A stretch of 64,000 bases of DNA from Actinomycetes bacterium. GTDB taxonomy: Bacteria; Actinomycetota; Actinomycetes; S36-B12. The position numbers and the translations under genes are program-made. Where the stretch lies: assembly GCA_024639145.1 (NCBI GenBank), contig JAHEIZ010000006.1:13240-77239 (forward strand). Reading direction: 5' to 3'. Below the pieces are notes generated by a model. That model was not told the origin of the DNA. It saw only the letters and a list, made by a program, of their open reading frames with translations, and did no database searches. Within the stretch, counting starts at the first letter, position 1. Each line of letters opens with the position of its first letter. Shown one piece after another: positions 38,532 to 47,772 of the stretch.

Positions 38532-39311
38532 ATGTGGGATTTCAGCGGACGTCGAGCAGTGATCACTGGTGCTGGTAGTGCGATAGGCATCGGATTTGTC
38601 TCGGCCCGGGTACTGGCGGAGCTCGGTGCATCCGTCGCACTCCTCGGCCTGGGCGAACGAGTGATCGATCGTGCGCATGAGCTCAACGACATGGGATTCG
38701 ATGCGATTGCCGCGCGTTGCGACCTCACCGATCCTGTCGCGACCTCCGAAGTCTTCGGCATGGTGGCCGACGAACTCGGCGGCATCGACGTGCTCGTCAA
38801 CAACGCCGGCATGACAAGTCACGACAACCCAGCAGTTGCGGAGATGGGCGGAGTTGCCGAGATCGGCTTTGCCGGTTGGCAGGCGGCGTTGGGCCGTAAC
38901 CTCGACACGGCCTTCCTCGCGACGAAGGCCGCGCTTCCTCACCTGCGCGCGTCGGGTACGGGTCGCATCATCATGATCTCGAGCGTGACCGGACCTCACA
39001 TGGCGATGCGCAATCTCGTCGGGTACGCAGCCGGCAAGGGCGGCATGAACGGCCTGATGAAAGGCCTGGCCCTGGATGAGGCGCGCACTGGCATCACGTG
39101 CAACTCGGTCTCGCCCGGGTGGATCCACACCGAGGCCCTGACCGGCCCGGAGTTCGAGCAGGGATTCACCGTGCCCATGGGGCGTGCCGCTCAGCCGGAG
39201 GAGGTCGCCTCGGCGGTCGCTTGGCTGGCCTCGCCCGGGGCTTCGTACATCACCGGACAGTCGATCGTCGTCGACGGTGGCAACTCCATTGCCGAAGAGC
39301 GCGCCCTGTAG
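38532..39311 (+). CDS. SDR-family oxidoreductase (FabG-like)
   Basis: 259 aa with [16 protein letters not shown] and a catalytic Y..AGKGG region. Confidence 0.85.
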   Translation: MWDFSGRRAVITGAGSAIGIGFVSARVLAELGASVALLGLGERVIDRAHELNDMGFDAIAARCDLTDPVATSEVFGMVADELGGIDVLVNNAGMTSHDNPAVAEMGGVAEIGFAGWQAALGRNLDTAFLATKAALPHLRASGTGRIIMISSVTGPHMAMRNLVGYAAGKGGMNGLMKGLALDEARTGITCNSVSPGWIHTEALTGPEFEQGFTVPMGRAAQPEEVASAVAWLASPGASYITGQSIVVDGGNSIAEERAL

Positions 39312-39320
39312 GTTTTTCGC

Positions 39321-39719
39321 ATGGGTGCAGACAAGCTGATTTCAAGTGGAAGTCCATGGGAGAGCAAGATCGGCTACTCCCGAGCAGTGGTGGCCGGTGA
39401 CTACGTTCACGTGTCCGGCACGACCGCGACAATCGATGGCGTGGTGCAGCATCCCGGTGACGCCTACAACCAGACCCTGACCGCGCTTGGCGTGATCGAG
39501 AAGGCCATCGCGCAGGTGGGCGTGACCCTCGCTGACGTCGTGCGCACGCGTTGCTACGTGTCGAATGCGGAAACAATGGACGATGTCGCCCGTGCCCACG
39601 GCGAGATCTTCGGTGATATTCGTCCGGCCCTGACGATCTTGTCCGGTGTAGCCTTCGTCGATCCGGCGATGCTCGTCGAGATCGAGGCTGACTGCTACTC
39701 GCGCGATATCCGCAAGTAG
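39321..39719 (+). CDS. RidA/YjgF-family protein
   Basis: 132 aa with ...YSRAVVAGDYVHVSGT...RTRCYV...VEIEADC, typical of RidA-like proteins. Confidence 0.85.
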   Translation: MGADKLISSGSPWESKIGYSRAVVAGDYVHVSGTTATIDGVVQHPGDAYNQTLTALGVIEKAIAQVGVTLADVVRTRCYVSNAETMDDVARAHGEIFGDIRPALTILSGVAFVDPAMLVEIEADCYSRDIRK

Positions 39720-39724
39720 TTCAC

Positions 39725-40417
39725 TTAGATCGAGAAGTCATCCTCGGTCTGCCACACGCCGTCGGTGCTGATGTAGGAGTTCGAGGTCGTGAGGTGACCT
39801 GTCACCTGCATCTCGAGTTCCTCCACGCGGCGTAGCAAGGACTTCACGCTCGTGCCGACGGGATCCGGAAGATCGGCATCCTCGCCTGTCGGACGAATAC
39901 GTCCGCGTGAGTCAGCAATCACCTGACCCGGAACTCCGACAACCACCGAATGCTCGGCGACGGTGCGCAGCAGCACTGCGTTCGCGCCGATGCGACTGTC
40001 GGAGCCCACGTGAATGTCGCCGAGGACCTTGGCTCCACTGCCGACCACGATGCGATCACCGATGGTGGGGTGACGCTTGCCCGGATCGAGGGTGTTTCCG
40101 CCGAGGGTCGCACCGTGGTAGATCGTGACATCGTCTCCGATCACGGTGGTTTCGCCGATCACGACGCCGGACCCATGGTCGATGAACAGCCGTGCGCCCA
40201 AGGTGGCACCCGGATGAATCTCGATCTGGGTCAGGAAGCGTGTGAACTGGGAGACAGCGCGGCCGAGGAACTTCATGCGGTGGCGCCACAGCCAGCTACT
40301 GCAGCGATGACCCCAGACGGCATGAATGCCCGGGTACAGCAGTGCTACCTCGATGCGGCTTCGCGCGGCCGGATCGCGTTCGACGATCGAGGCAAGCTCA
40401 TCGCCGATGCGACTCAT
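39725..40417 (-). CDS. cysE: serine O-acetyltransferase
   Basis: 230 aa with left-handed beta-helix hexapeptide repeats (IHPGATLG...IDHGSGVVIGET...). The C-terminal tail ends in Ile, the residue known to dock into CysK. Confidence 0.88.
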   Translation of the reverse strand: MSRIGDELASIVERDPAARSRIEVALLYPGIHAVWGHRCSSWLWRHRMKFLGRAVSQFTRFLTQIEIHPGATLGARLFIDHGSGVVIGETTVIGDDVTIYHGATLGGNTLDPGKRHPTIGDRIVVGSGAKVLGDIHVGSDSRIGANAVLLRTVAEHSVVVGVPGQVIADSRGRIRPTGEDADLPDPVGTSVKSLLRRVEELEMQVTGHLTTSNSYISTDGVWQTEDDFSI

Positions 40418-40439
40418 GAGTGTCTCCGTGTGTGAGTGA

Positions 40440-41372
40440 CTAGTCGCCGAGCCCGGCGAAGAGCGCGGTCGACAGATAGCGCTCGCCGAAGCTCGGGATG
40501 ATCACGACGATGGTCTTGCCGGCATTCTCCGGGCGCTTCGCCACCTCGCGGGCCGCCCAGAGTGCAGCACCGGAGGAGATTCCCACGAGCAGGCCTTCCT
40601 CTGTCGCCGCGCGACGAGCGGTAGCCATGGCGTCATCGGCCACGACGCGGATGACCTCGTCGTACACCTCGGTGTCGAGGACGGCAGGCACGAAACCTGC
40701 GCCAATGCCCTGGAGGGGGTGCGGGCCCTTGGCGCCACCGGAGAGAACCGGCGAGGCGTCGGGCTCGACAGCCACGATCTGAATGGAGGGCTTGAGTTCC
40801 TTGAGGGCCTGGCCGACACCGGTGATGGTGCCACCGGTGCCCACACCGGCCACGACGATGTCGACGGTGCCATCGGTGTCGTTCCAGATTTCCTGCGCCG
40901 TTGTCTTGCGGTGGATCGCCGGGTTCGCCAGATTGTTGAACTGCTGCGGCATGAAGTACTTCGGGTCACTCGCAGCGAGTTCGGTGGCCCGCGCGATTGC
41001 ACCGCCCATGCCCTCGGGGCCGGGAGTGAGGATCAACTCGGCGCCATAGCCGCGCAGCAGCATGCGCCGCTCGATGCTCATCGTCTCGGGCATGGTGAGC
41101 ACGATCTTGATGCCGCGGGCAGCACAGACCATGGCCAGTGCGATGCCGGTGTTACCGCTTGTGGGCTCGACCACGATGGTGTCGGGGCCGATCAGGCCGG
41201 CTTCCTGTGCGGCATCGATCATCGCTACGCCGATGCGGTCCTTGACGCTATTGCCCGGATTGAAGAACTCCAGCTTGGCCAGGACCTCGGCGTCAGCGCC
41301 GTCCGTGACCTTCCGGATGCGGACGAGGGGGGTGTTGCCGACTAGTTCGGTGATGTCATTCGCGATACGCAT
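40440..41372 (-). CDS. cysK: cysteine synthase A (O-acetylserine sulfhydrylase)
   Basis: 310 aa with [12 protein letters not shown]-lysine and [10 protein letters not shown] motifs. Confidence 0.93.
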   Translation of the reverse strand: MRIANDITELVGNTPLVRIRKVTDGADAEVLAKLEFFNPGNSVKDRIGVAMIDAAQEAGLIGPDTIVVEPTSGNTGIALAMVCAARGIKIVLTMPETMSIERRMLLRGYGAELILTPGPEGMGGAIARATELAASDPKYFMPQQFNNLANPAIHRKTTAQEIWNDTDGTVDIVVAGVGTGGTITGVGQALKELKPSIQIVAVEPDASPVLSGGAKGPHPLQGIGAGFVPAVLDTEVYDEVIRVVADDAMATARRAATEEGLLVGISSGAALWAAREVAKRPENAGKTIVVIIPSFGERYLSTALFAGLGD

Positions 41373-41445
41373 GGGTCGACTCTATAGGTGATTTTGCGGA
41401 GGTCCATGGGGGCGAATCTCACCTGCGAGGGCTTTGCAGCAAAGA

Positions 41446-41477
41446 CTCGGCCCCCGTGCAGGAGCACGGGGGCCGAG
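41446..41477 (-). terminator. hairpin terminator downstream of tRNA-His
   Basis: Perfect 14-bp GC-rich inverted repeat CTCGGCCCCCGTGC / GCACGGGGGCCGAG with a 4-nt loop, followed on the minus strand by TCTTTG. Confidence 0.65.
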
Positions 41478-41481
41478 GAGC

Positions 41482-41557
41482 TGGGGTGACCGACGGGATT
41501 CGAACCCGCGACATTCGCGACCACAACGCGACGCTCTACCGCTGAACTACGGTCACC
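41482..41557 (-). tRNA. tRNA-His (anticodon GUG)
   Basis: Hand-folded cloverleaf with an extra 5-prime G(-1), acceptor GTGACCG/CGGTCAC, anticodon loop TTGTGGT and a TTCGAAT T-loop. The 3-prime CCA is encoded. Confidence 0.9.
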
Positions 41558-41606
41558 ATGGAGCCCCCGAAGACTACAGGAGGCCAGACCACCGAATTTT
41601 CGGGCC

Positions 41607-42206
41607 TCAGGAAGCGTGCTCGGCGCCGAGTGCACGAGCGGCCTCGGAATCAGGGCCGGGCTGGGGCACGAAGACGGCATTTCGGTAATACCGCAGCTCG
41701 CTGATGGAGTCGCGGATATCGCCGAGGGCGCGGTGATTGCCCTTCTTCTCCGGCGAGGCGAAGTACACCCGCGGATACCAGCGGCGGGTGAGTTCCTTGA
41801 CACTCGAGACATCGACGAGGCGGTAATGCAGGTGGGAGTCGAGTTCGGGCATGTAGTTGGCGAGGAATCCGCGGTCGACGTACACGCTCGACCCGGCGAG
41901 CGGAGCCTTGCGCGCCTCGGGCACGTGGGTCTTCACGTAGGCAAGTACCTGCTGCTCGGCGTCGGCGAGAGCGATACCCAGCGGGATCTCCTCGATGAGG
42001 CCGGAGACAGTGTGCATGTTGACCACGAAGTCATCCATACCCGCGAAGGATTCCTCGCCGGGCTTGACCACGAGGGTGATGCCCTCATCGAGCTCATTGA
42101 GCTCCGCATCGGTGACGATGCAGGCGATCTCGACGATCTCGTCGAATTTCGGATCGAGCCCGGTCATCTCGCAGTCGATCCATACGAGTCGGTCAGCACT
42201 GGCCAT
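41607..42206 (-). CDS. orn: oligoribonuclease
   Basis: 199 aa with LVWIDCEMTGLD (DEDDh exonuclease motif I) and HRALGDI near the C-terminus. Confidence 0.9.
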   Translation of the reverse strand: MASADRLVWIDCEMTGLDPKFDEIVEIACIVTDAELNELDEGITLVVKPGEESFAGMDDFVVNMHTVSGLIEEIPLGIALADAEQQVLAYVKTHVPEARKAPLAGSSVYVDRGFLANYMPELDSHLHYRLVDVSSVKELTRRWYPRVYFASPEKKGNHRALGDIRDSISELRYYRNAVFVPQPGPDSEAARALGAEHAS

Positions 42207-42248
42207 GCGGAGAGCCTACGGGCACAGGTGCCCTGCCCCTGCGGTGGT

Positions 42249-42647
42249 TCAGGCAGCGAGCAGCCAGCGCACGAGATCGGTCTCGGTCACGATGCCCACC
42301 AGCTTGTTCCGAGAGTCCAGCACCGCGACGGCCTCAAGGGATCTCTCCGACATCACCCGAGCGGCCTCGACAGGAGAGGCGTCGGTCGCCAGGCGTACCG
42401 CGGGAATCGTGCTCAGCAATTCACCGGCCGTGCGGGCACCGAGTGTCTCGGCGGTCAGCGGGGCATTCGCCAGGATCATTCGATCGCTCAGGATCCCCGC
42501 GAAGGCGCCATCGGCGTTGATGACAGCGATATGGCGAAGGCCGGAGACGAACAGCATCTGCCAGGCATCCCACAGGGATTCGCCGACCTCAATCGTGAGC
42601 ACCGGCGCTGACATCACGTCGCCGAGGGTGACTCCGGGGGTGGCCAT
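42249..42647 (-). CDS. CBS-domain pair protein
   Basis: 132 aa made up of two CBS repeats (...GLRHIAVINADGAFAGILSDR..., ...AVAVLDSRNKLVGIVTETD...). Confidence 0.8.
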   Translation of the reverse strand: MATPGVTLGDVMSAPVLTIEVGESLWDAWQMLFVSGLRHIAVINADGAFAGILSDRMILANAPLTAETLGARTAGELLSTIPAVRLATDASPVEAARVMSERSLEAVAVLDSRNKLVGIVTETDLVRWLLAA

Positions 42648-42706
42648 GTGACCATCATGGGCGCGGGCCGAGCCGGGAAGCAGGGGAGCAGGGCCTAGAG
42701 GGAAGG

Positions 42707-42727
42707 GACCTAGGTCACGACCTAGGT
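42707..42727. repeat. direct repeat GACCTAGGT-N3-GACCTAGGT in a divergent promoter region
   Basis: GACCTAGGT occurs at 42707-42715 and 42719-42727, and a third CCTAG is at 42694-42698. Confidence 0.8.
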
Positions 42728-42825
42728 GGCGGGGCGGCCAGGTCAGGATTCCCGGGATGGCCGCTGAGGGTGCTCCACGTGTCGTTCAGCGCGTCCGTGC
42801 CGAAATTAGCAGATAGCCTCGGGCT

Positions 42826-43539
42826 GTGGCCGACTTCGTGTACCCCCCTGTCGTGCTCGCGGCGAAGTCCGTCTTCAAGGGCCTGGGGATCAAGTTCGTG
42901 ATCGAGGGCGCCGAGAATCTGCCCCGCGAGGGCGGCGTGGTGCTCGCCATCAACCACACGAGTTATCTCGACTTCGCGCTGGGCGGGATCCCTGCCGAGC
43001 GCATCGGGCGCCACGTGCGGTTCATGGCGAAGGACGGCATCTTCAAGCACCGCATCGGCGGGCCGCTGATGCGCGGAATGAAGCACATTCCTGTCGATCG
43101 TGACGCGGGATCGCAGTCCTTCCGTGATGCCGTCGGTGCACTGAAGGCAGGTGAGATCGTCGGAGTCTTTCCCGAGGCCACGATGAGCAAGTCCTTCGAG
43201 ATCAAGGAATTCAAGAACGGCGCCGTGCGCATGGCGATGAGCGCGAAGGCGCCGATCGTGCCGATGATCATCTACGGCGGTCAGCGCATCCTGTACTACG
43301 GGCACAAGGATCTCACCCGTGGTCGCACCGTCTGCCTGACTGTCGGAGAGCCGATGTACCCCGAGCGCGGCCAGGATGCCGATGCACTCACCGTCGAGCT
43401 TCGTGCGCGCATGCAGGTGCTGCTCGACCAGACGCTCGATCGCTACCCGGCACCGCTTCCGGGCGAGGATGCCTGGTGGCTGCCGCGTCGCCGAGGTGGA
43501 ACCGCGCCGGAGTACGTGCCCGAGGCGCCGGAGATCTAA
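42826..43539 (+). CDS. plsC: 1-acyl-sn-glycerol-3-phosphate acyltransferase
   Basis: 237 aa with NHTSYLD (HX4D) and VFPEAT motifs. GTG start. Confidence 0.85.
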   Translation: MADFVYPPVVLAAKSVFKGLGIKFVIEGAENLPREGGVVLAINHTSYLDFALGGIPAERIGRHVRFMAKDGIFKHRIGGPLMRGMKHIPVDRDAGSQSFRDAVGALKAGEIVGVFPEATMSKSFEIKEFKNGAVRMAMSAKAPIVPMIIYGGQRILYYGHKDLTRGRTVCLTVGEPMYPERGQDADALTVELRARMQVLLDQTLDRYPAPLPGEDAWWLPRRRGGTAPEYVPEAPEI

Positions 43540-44412
43540 CTAGCGCGGGAGTCGGGTGCGCAGGAGTGATTCCTGCACGACCGATGCGACGAGTATGCCG
43601 TTCAGGTCGTAGAAGAGTCCGCGGGCGAGACCGTGGCCGCCCCGCGCGACCGGTGTGTCCTGCGCGAAAAGCATCCACTCATTCGTGTTGATGGGCGCGT
43701 GGAACCACACGGCATGATCGATCGAGGCGAGCATCAATTCCTCTGCCGCTGTCTTCCCGCCATGGGGTCCGAGTGCGGTGCTCACCATTGTGAGATCCGA
43801 GAGATAGGTCAGCGCCGAGGCCTGGATCAACTGCTCATGTGGCAGCTCGCTGGGAATCCGCACCCACGACATGCCCTCATAGCGACCATCACGCAACGGC
43901 ATCGCCGAATCCGGGTTGATGATGCGCAACTCGAAGCCCTGGCTCTCGGCATCATGCATGCCGGTTTCATCCTCATTGAGGTCGAGGTGCCGGGGGAGCA
44001 GGATCGCTGCAACATCCTCGGGAAGCGGTGCCTCGGGCTCGGCGAACTGATGCATGGGGCCTTGCTCGACCATGGCGAACGATGCGGTCATCATGAAGAT
44101 GGTCTCGCCGTGCTGCACTGCGCGCACGATGCGGGTGGAGAACGATCGACCGTCGCGCGGGCGCTCGACCAGGTAGGTGATTTGGTCGGAGGAGCGACCT
44201 GGCCGAAGGAAATAGCCGTGTAGGGAATGCACCTGGCGCGTATCGCCCTCGACCGTGGCCCCGGCGGCCATCAAGGACTGCGCGGCGATCTGGCCGCCGT
44301 AGGCGCGAAGGGGGGAGCCTGCGTGGCACAGCCCGGTGAAGATGTCGCGGTCAACCTGGGTGAGGTCGAGTCGACTGAGGAAGGAGGCGCTCTGCTGGGG
44401 GCTCACGCCCAC
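43540..44412 (-). CDS. tesB: acyl-CoA thioesterase II
   Basis: 290 aa double hot-dog protein with ...VHSLHGYFLRPG... and ...GLARGLFYD... motifs. The stop abuts the plsC stop. Confidence 0.88.
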   Translation of the reverse strand: MGVSPQQSASFLSRLDLTQVDRDIFTGLCHAGSPLRAYGGQIAAQSLMAAGATVEGDTRQVHSLHGYFLRPGRSSDQITYLVERPRDGRSFSTRIVRAVQHGETIFMMTASFAMVEQGPMHQFAEPEAPLPEDVAAILLPRHLDLNEDETGMHDAESQGFELRIINPDSAMPLRDGRYEGMSWVRIPSELPHEQLIQASALTYLSDLTMVSTALGPHGGKTAAEELMLASIDHAVWFHAPINTNEWMLFAQDTPVARGGHGLARGLFYDLNGILVASVVQESLLRTRLPR

Positions 44413-44546
44413 ATTCTCCTCGCGTGGCGGATGAGGCGCGATAGTCCACCCCTAACTCCGCCGAAATGTCGGCAATTCTTCGTGCGGGGCGGGGGAGAGT
44501 GTGTGACGATTCGCGCACTTGCAGTACAGACGCCCAAGGAGCGCAG

Positions 44547-45503
44547 ATGTCGATGATCGACCGGGTCGACCCGGAGTCCCGTATCCCGCTCGATGCCCTG
44601 AACGCGGCACTGCCCGGCGGCTTCAATGCCATCGCTGATCTCGCCACTCGTCGAGCCACGCTCGACGGCATGCTGGCGATGATGACTGCTGACCTCCCGC
44701 CGAACCCGAATATCAGCATTGAGGACTCGAGCATTCCTGGTCCGGCGGGTGCTCCTGACATCGCGATTCGCGTCTACCGTCCGAACACTCCCGCGGCGAG
44801 TAAGCCGGGCATCCTCTTCTTCCACGGTGGCGGAATGGTCCTGGGCAACCTCGAGACCGACAGCTTGTCTGCCGCCGCACTGTGCGAGTTCACGGGCTCC
44901 GTCGTGGTCTCGGTCGACTACCGCCTGGCACCGGAGAACCCGGCGCCCGCAGCAATCGAGGATTGCTACGCGGCGCTGCGTTGGATGCACGCAGCGTCGA
45001 GTGAACTGGGCTTCGATCCGACCCGGCTTGCGGTGTACGGCGGCAGCGCGGGCGGCGGACTCGCCATTGCGACTGCCCTGGTTGCACGCGACCGTGGCGC
45101 TCCGATCATTTCCTTCGTGATGGCCCCGTACCCGATGATCGACGATCGCAATGAGAGCGAATCGAGCAAGGCTGTCGTCGATCTTGGCATCTGGGATCGT
45201 GCCGGCAATATCGAAGCCTGGGCCTGGTACCTCGGCGGTAAGCCAGCCGATCAGTACTCAGCACCGGCGCGTGCCACTGATCTCAGCAACCTGCCGCCGA
45301 TGTTCATCGATGTCGGCGACTGCGACATGTTCATGGACGAAGACATCGCTTTTGTCGAGAAGCTCCGTGCCGATGGCGGCACGGTGGAGTTCACGATTTA
45401 CCCGGGCGCCTATCACGCGTCAGAGGTGTTCGCCCCGGAAGCGGCACTGAGCGTGAAGATCTCGGGTCGCCGCATCGAGGCGCTGAAGGCTGCTCTCGCC
45501 TAG
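44547..45503 (+). CDS. alpha/beta hydrolase, hormone-sensitive-lipase-like esterase
   Basis: FFHGGGMVLG oxyanion motif and GGSAGGGLA nucleophile elbow. The start was trimmed to the ATG at 44547, behind AAGGAG. Confidence 0.85.
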   Translation: MSMIDRVDPESRIPLDALNAALPGGFNAIADLATRRATLDGMLAMMTADLPPNPNISIEDSSIPGPAGAPDIAIRVYRPNTPAASKPGILFFHGGGMVLGNLETDSLSAAALCEFTGSVVVSVDYRLAPENPAPAAIEDCYAALRWMHAASSELGFDPTRLAVYGGSAGGGLAIATALVARDRGAPIISFVMAPYPMIDDRNESESSKAVVDLGIWDRAGNIEAWAWYLGGKPADQYSAPARATDLSNLPPMFIDVGDCDMFMDEDIAFVEKLRADGGTVEFTIYPGAYHASEVFAPEAALSVKISGRRIEALKAALA

Positions 45504-45604
45504 CTAACGATCCTCGTGACACGTGTTCGGGTGATGTTCCCGCGTGCGGTGCTTAAGTGAGGGCCGACGGCCTTAGAATTACGGCGTTCGAAGCCTGAAA
45601 GTCC

Positions 45605-47707
45605 GTGACGGTTGGGGGTGTGGTGTTCGAATCACTCCTCGAATCCGAGGATGTTGCCCGCATCAGGTCGCGCAATGATGACACGGCCCTCACTCACTCC
45701 GATGTGCACGCCCGACGACCACTCGTCGATGCTGGAGTCGACTATTCGGCAAGTGAAGTCGAGAACCTGCGCAGCACTCGTCCTGAAGTAGGCGGGGCCT
45801 TGGACCTCGATCTCGGCGACACGTTCCGGTCGCAGCGTCGTACACCCGCCATCTGGGATCACGTGCACAAAGAGCAGGAGTCCAGGCGAGAGATTCAAGC
45901 GCGCAAGGCGGCAATCTTCGGCAAATACGGTGACGGTGGATTCCTCGACAAGAACTCCGGCGCGACACCTGCAGAGCAAGTGCGCATCGCTCAGGAAGCC
46001 GAGGACCGCATGGATGCCGATCCAGGGCAGTCGCGGCTTGATGTTCCCGCTTCGCGATATCGAGAAGTGGAACAAAATCAGTGGGTCCAGGCGAAGATTG
46101 CCGCCCGCGGGGAGCAACAGCAACAACTCGAGATGAGCGGCGCCGATATGTTCGAACGCCATGCTGTAGCCCAGCAGGAGGAGCGGCGTGGTGCCGAGGC
46201 GATCGCCGAGGCTGAGTACCAGACGGCCAACCGTGGCGTTCCCGCAGGTTTCAGTGCAAGCCGGCCCGCCCCGGCAGTGCCGGCCATCAAGGGTGCCCGC
46301 TCACGCCGAATCAAGGAGGCGGCCGATAACGGAAGTGGGGCGGAGCCAACCACGAGCGAGTTGAGGACAGCACGCAAAGGACTCCTTGCCGGGATGTCGA
46401 AGGGTGATAGGTCTGCCTGGCGCCGCATGGAGAATCAGCAGAAACTTCCACGCAGGGTCGGCTTCAGCCAGGAGAAGTCACTCGGGTTTGACTGGACAGA
46501 CAAGCCTGAGCAGGTCGCTGCGGATCTCGCATCTGATGATGCCGCGCGCGCAGTACCGCGGAGCATGCTCGATAGGGCCCTTCGCATCTCACCCTCGACC
46601 AACGAAGGCACTCGGAGCATTGCGAAGCCTTCGCCACTGGAAGACGATCGCGAGGCGATGCGCCAGCGCGAGAGTGAATTGAATGCCAGGGCAGATGCAA
46701 ACGCCCCCATCAGGCACCACCAGCTTCAGCAATACGTCAATTTACTTAACCCCCGTGAGCGGCGCGATAGCGCGTACGTGAACGACTACAGCCCGGACGG
46801 CGGAGTTGACTTCGGTCACTCGAATGAAGGCATGGCCGGATTGAACAGGGACTACATGCGTGCAGAGATCAAGGCCGCCCAAGGAGGCGAAGGGGCTCGC
46901 GAAGCTCGCGAAACCATGGACATCATCTCGTCGTCGCATCCGGACGAAGGCAATAAGGAGCGCCAGGCCCTTGCTCTCGGTTACGGCGATGCTGGTCGGG
47001 GCATGGTCAGCTATGACGTCGGGAGCAGTCAGTATTTCGGCCCGTCACGTCGCAGGCAGGCACTCAATTCCCAAGAGGGCCCCACTCAGGGTGGAATCGT
47101 CGAACGTGCCAATGCCAGACGCGGGATCTTCTCGCGCATGTTCGATTCAATTGCGCGTTGGCTTCCCGGGATGGGCAAGCTCTTCGGGCAAGCGCCCGAT
47201 ACGAGATTCGCTGCCGCTCCTGGGCAGGAAGCGAATCGAATCAATGCGAAGAAAGCAGCGACCAGAAAGCGCCGCGATCAGCGCGCCTCCTCGATGTTCT
47301 CCATGGCACGACTGTTCGGCACTACCCCTCGAACTCGCCCCCAAGTCAGCGCGGCACCGCAGGGGGCATCCACCAATATCGCTGCTTCCCAGCCGAATTT
47401 CGCCTCTCCTTCGAGGAGTGACATCGCGCCGGCACTTATCGACAACAGAAACTCCACCGAGCCCGTGGGCCCGGAACTTGAAGCCATTGACGATGGCGGA
47501 AGCATGCAGCAGTTCGGGAGCGACAGCCAAGTAGGTGGCAGTGACGGCGGTGAATACGGCCTCGCCCCCGAGCTGATTGACAATGATCCCAAGCCACGTC
47601 AGGACGATCCGCGATTCAATGTCGATGATGACGGCGGCGGGATGAATTACGTCAGTCCGTATGACCAGGCCCTTGAGGCTTGGGAGCAAAGGCGCGCTCG
47701 TCGATAG
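45605..47707 (+). CDS. hypothetical 700-aa highly charged, low-complexity protein (orphan)
   Basis: A single uninterrupted ORF in a locally lower-GC stretch. No TM helix or signal peptide. Atypical codon usage (AGA/AGG, AAT, GAT, CAA, TTA). The GTG start is uncertain and I recognised no family. Confidence 0.5.
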   Translation: MTVGGVVFESLLESEDVARIRSRNDDTALTHSDVHARRPLVDAGVDYSASEVENLRSTRPEVGGALDLDLGDTFRSQRRTPAIWDHVHKEQESRREIQARKAAIFGKYGDGGFLDKNSGATPAEQVRIAQEAEDRMDADPGQSRLDVPASRYREVEQNQWVQAKIAARGEQQQQLEMSGADMFERHAVAQQEERRGAEAIAEAEYQTANRGVPAGFSASRPAPAVPAIKGARSRRIKEAADNGSGAEPTTSELRTARKGLLAGMSKGDRSAWRRMENQQKLPRRVGFSQEKSLGFDWTDKPEQVAADLASDDAARAVPRSMLDRALRISPSTNEGTRSIAKPSPLEDDREAMRQRESELNARADANAPIRHHQLQQYVNLLNPRERRDSAYVNDYSPDGGVDFGHSNEGMAGLNRDYMRAEIKAAQGGEGAREARETMDIISSSHPDEGNKERQALALGYGDAGRGMVSYDVGSSQYFGPSRRRQALNSQEGPTQGGIVERANARRGIFSRMFDSIARWLPGMGKLFGQAPDTRFAAAPGQEANRINAKKAATRKRRDQRASSMFSMARLFGTTPRTRPQVSAAPQGASTNIAASQPNFASPSRSDIAPALIDNRNSTEPVGPELEAIDDGGSMQQFGSDSQVGGSDGGEYGLAPELIDNDPKPRQDDPRFNVDDDGGGMNYVSPYDQALEAWEQRRARR

Positions 47708-47772
47708 ACACAGTGCGGTTTGACCGGAAGATCGACACACGTGCTGTCGAAATCGACCGCCCTGTGACCCCC

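Noticed and set aside
45621-45637. T-arm-like sequence TGGTG-TTCGAAT-CACTC, which could be a tRNA fragment or att-site remnant at the left edge of the low-GC islet
   Set aside because: Only a 4-bp stem plus a T-loop-like heptamer is present. It is on the opposite strand to tRNA-Arg, it does not match the tRNA-Arg T-arm (GGGGG-TTCGAGT-CCCTC), and it lies inside the orphan ORF. It is most likely coincidence.
47708-47772. Near-palindrome TCGACA-CACGTGC-TGTCGA between the convergent orphan ORF and the TauE-like gene, as a terminator or operator
   Set aside because: It has only a 6-bp stem and an AT-poor flank. It could be a weak terminator, but the evidence is insufficient to call it.
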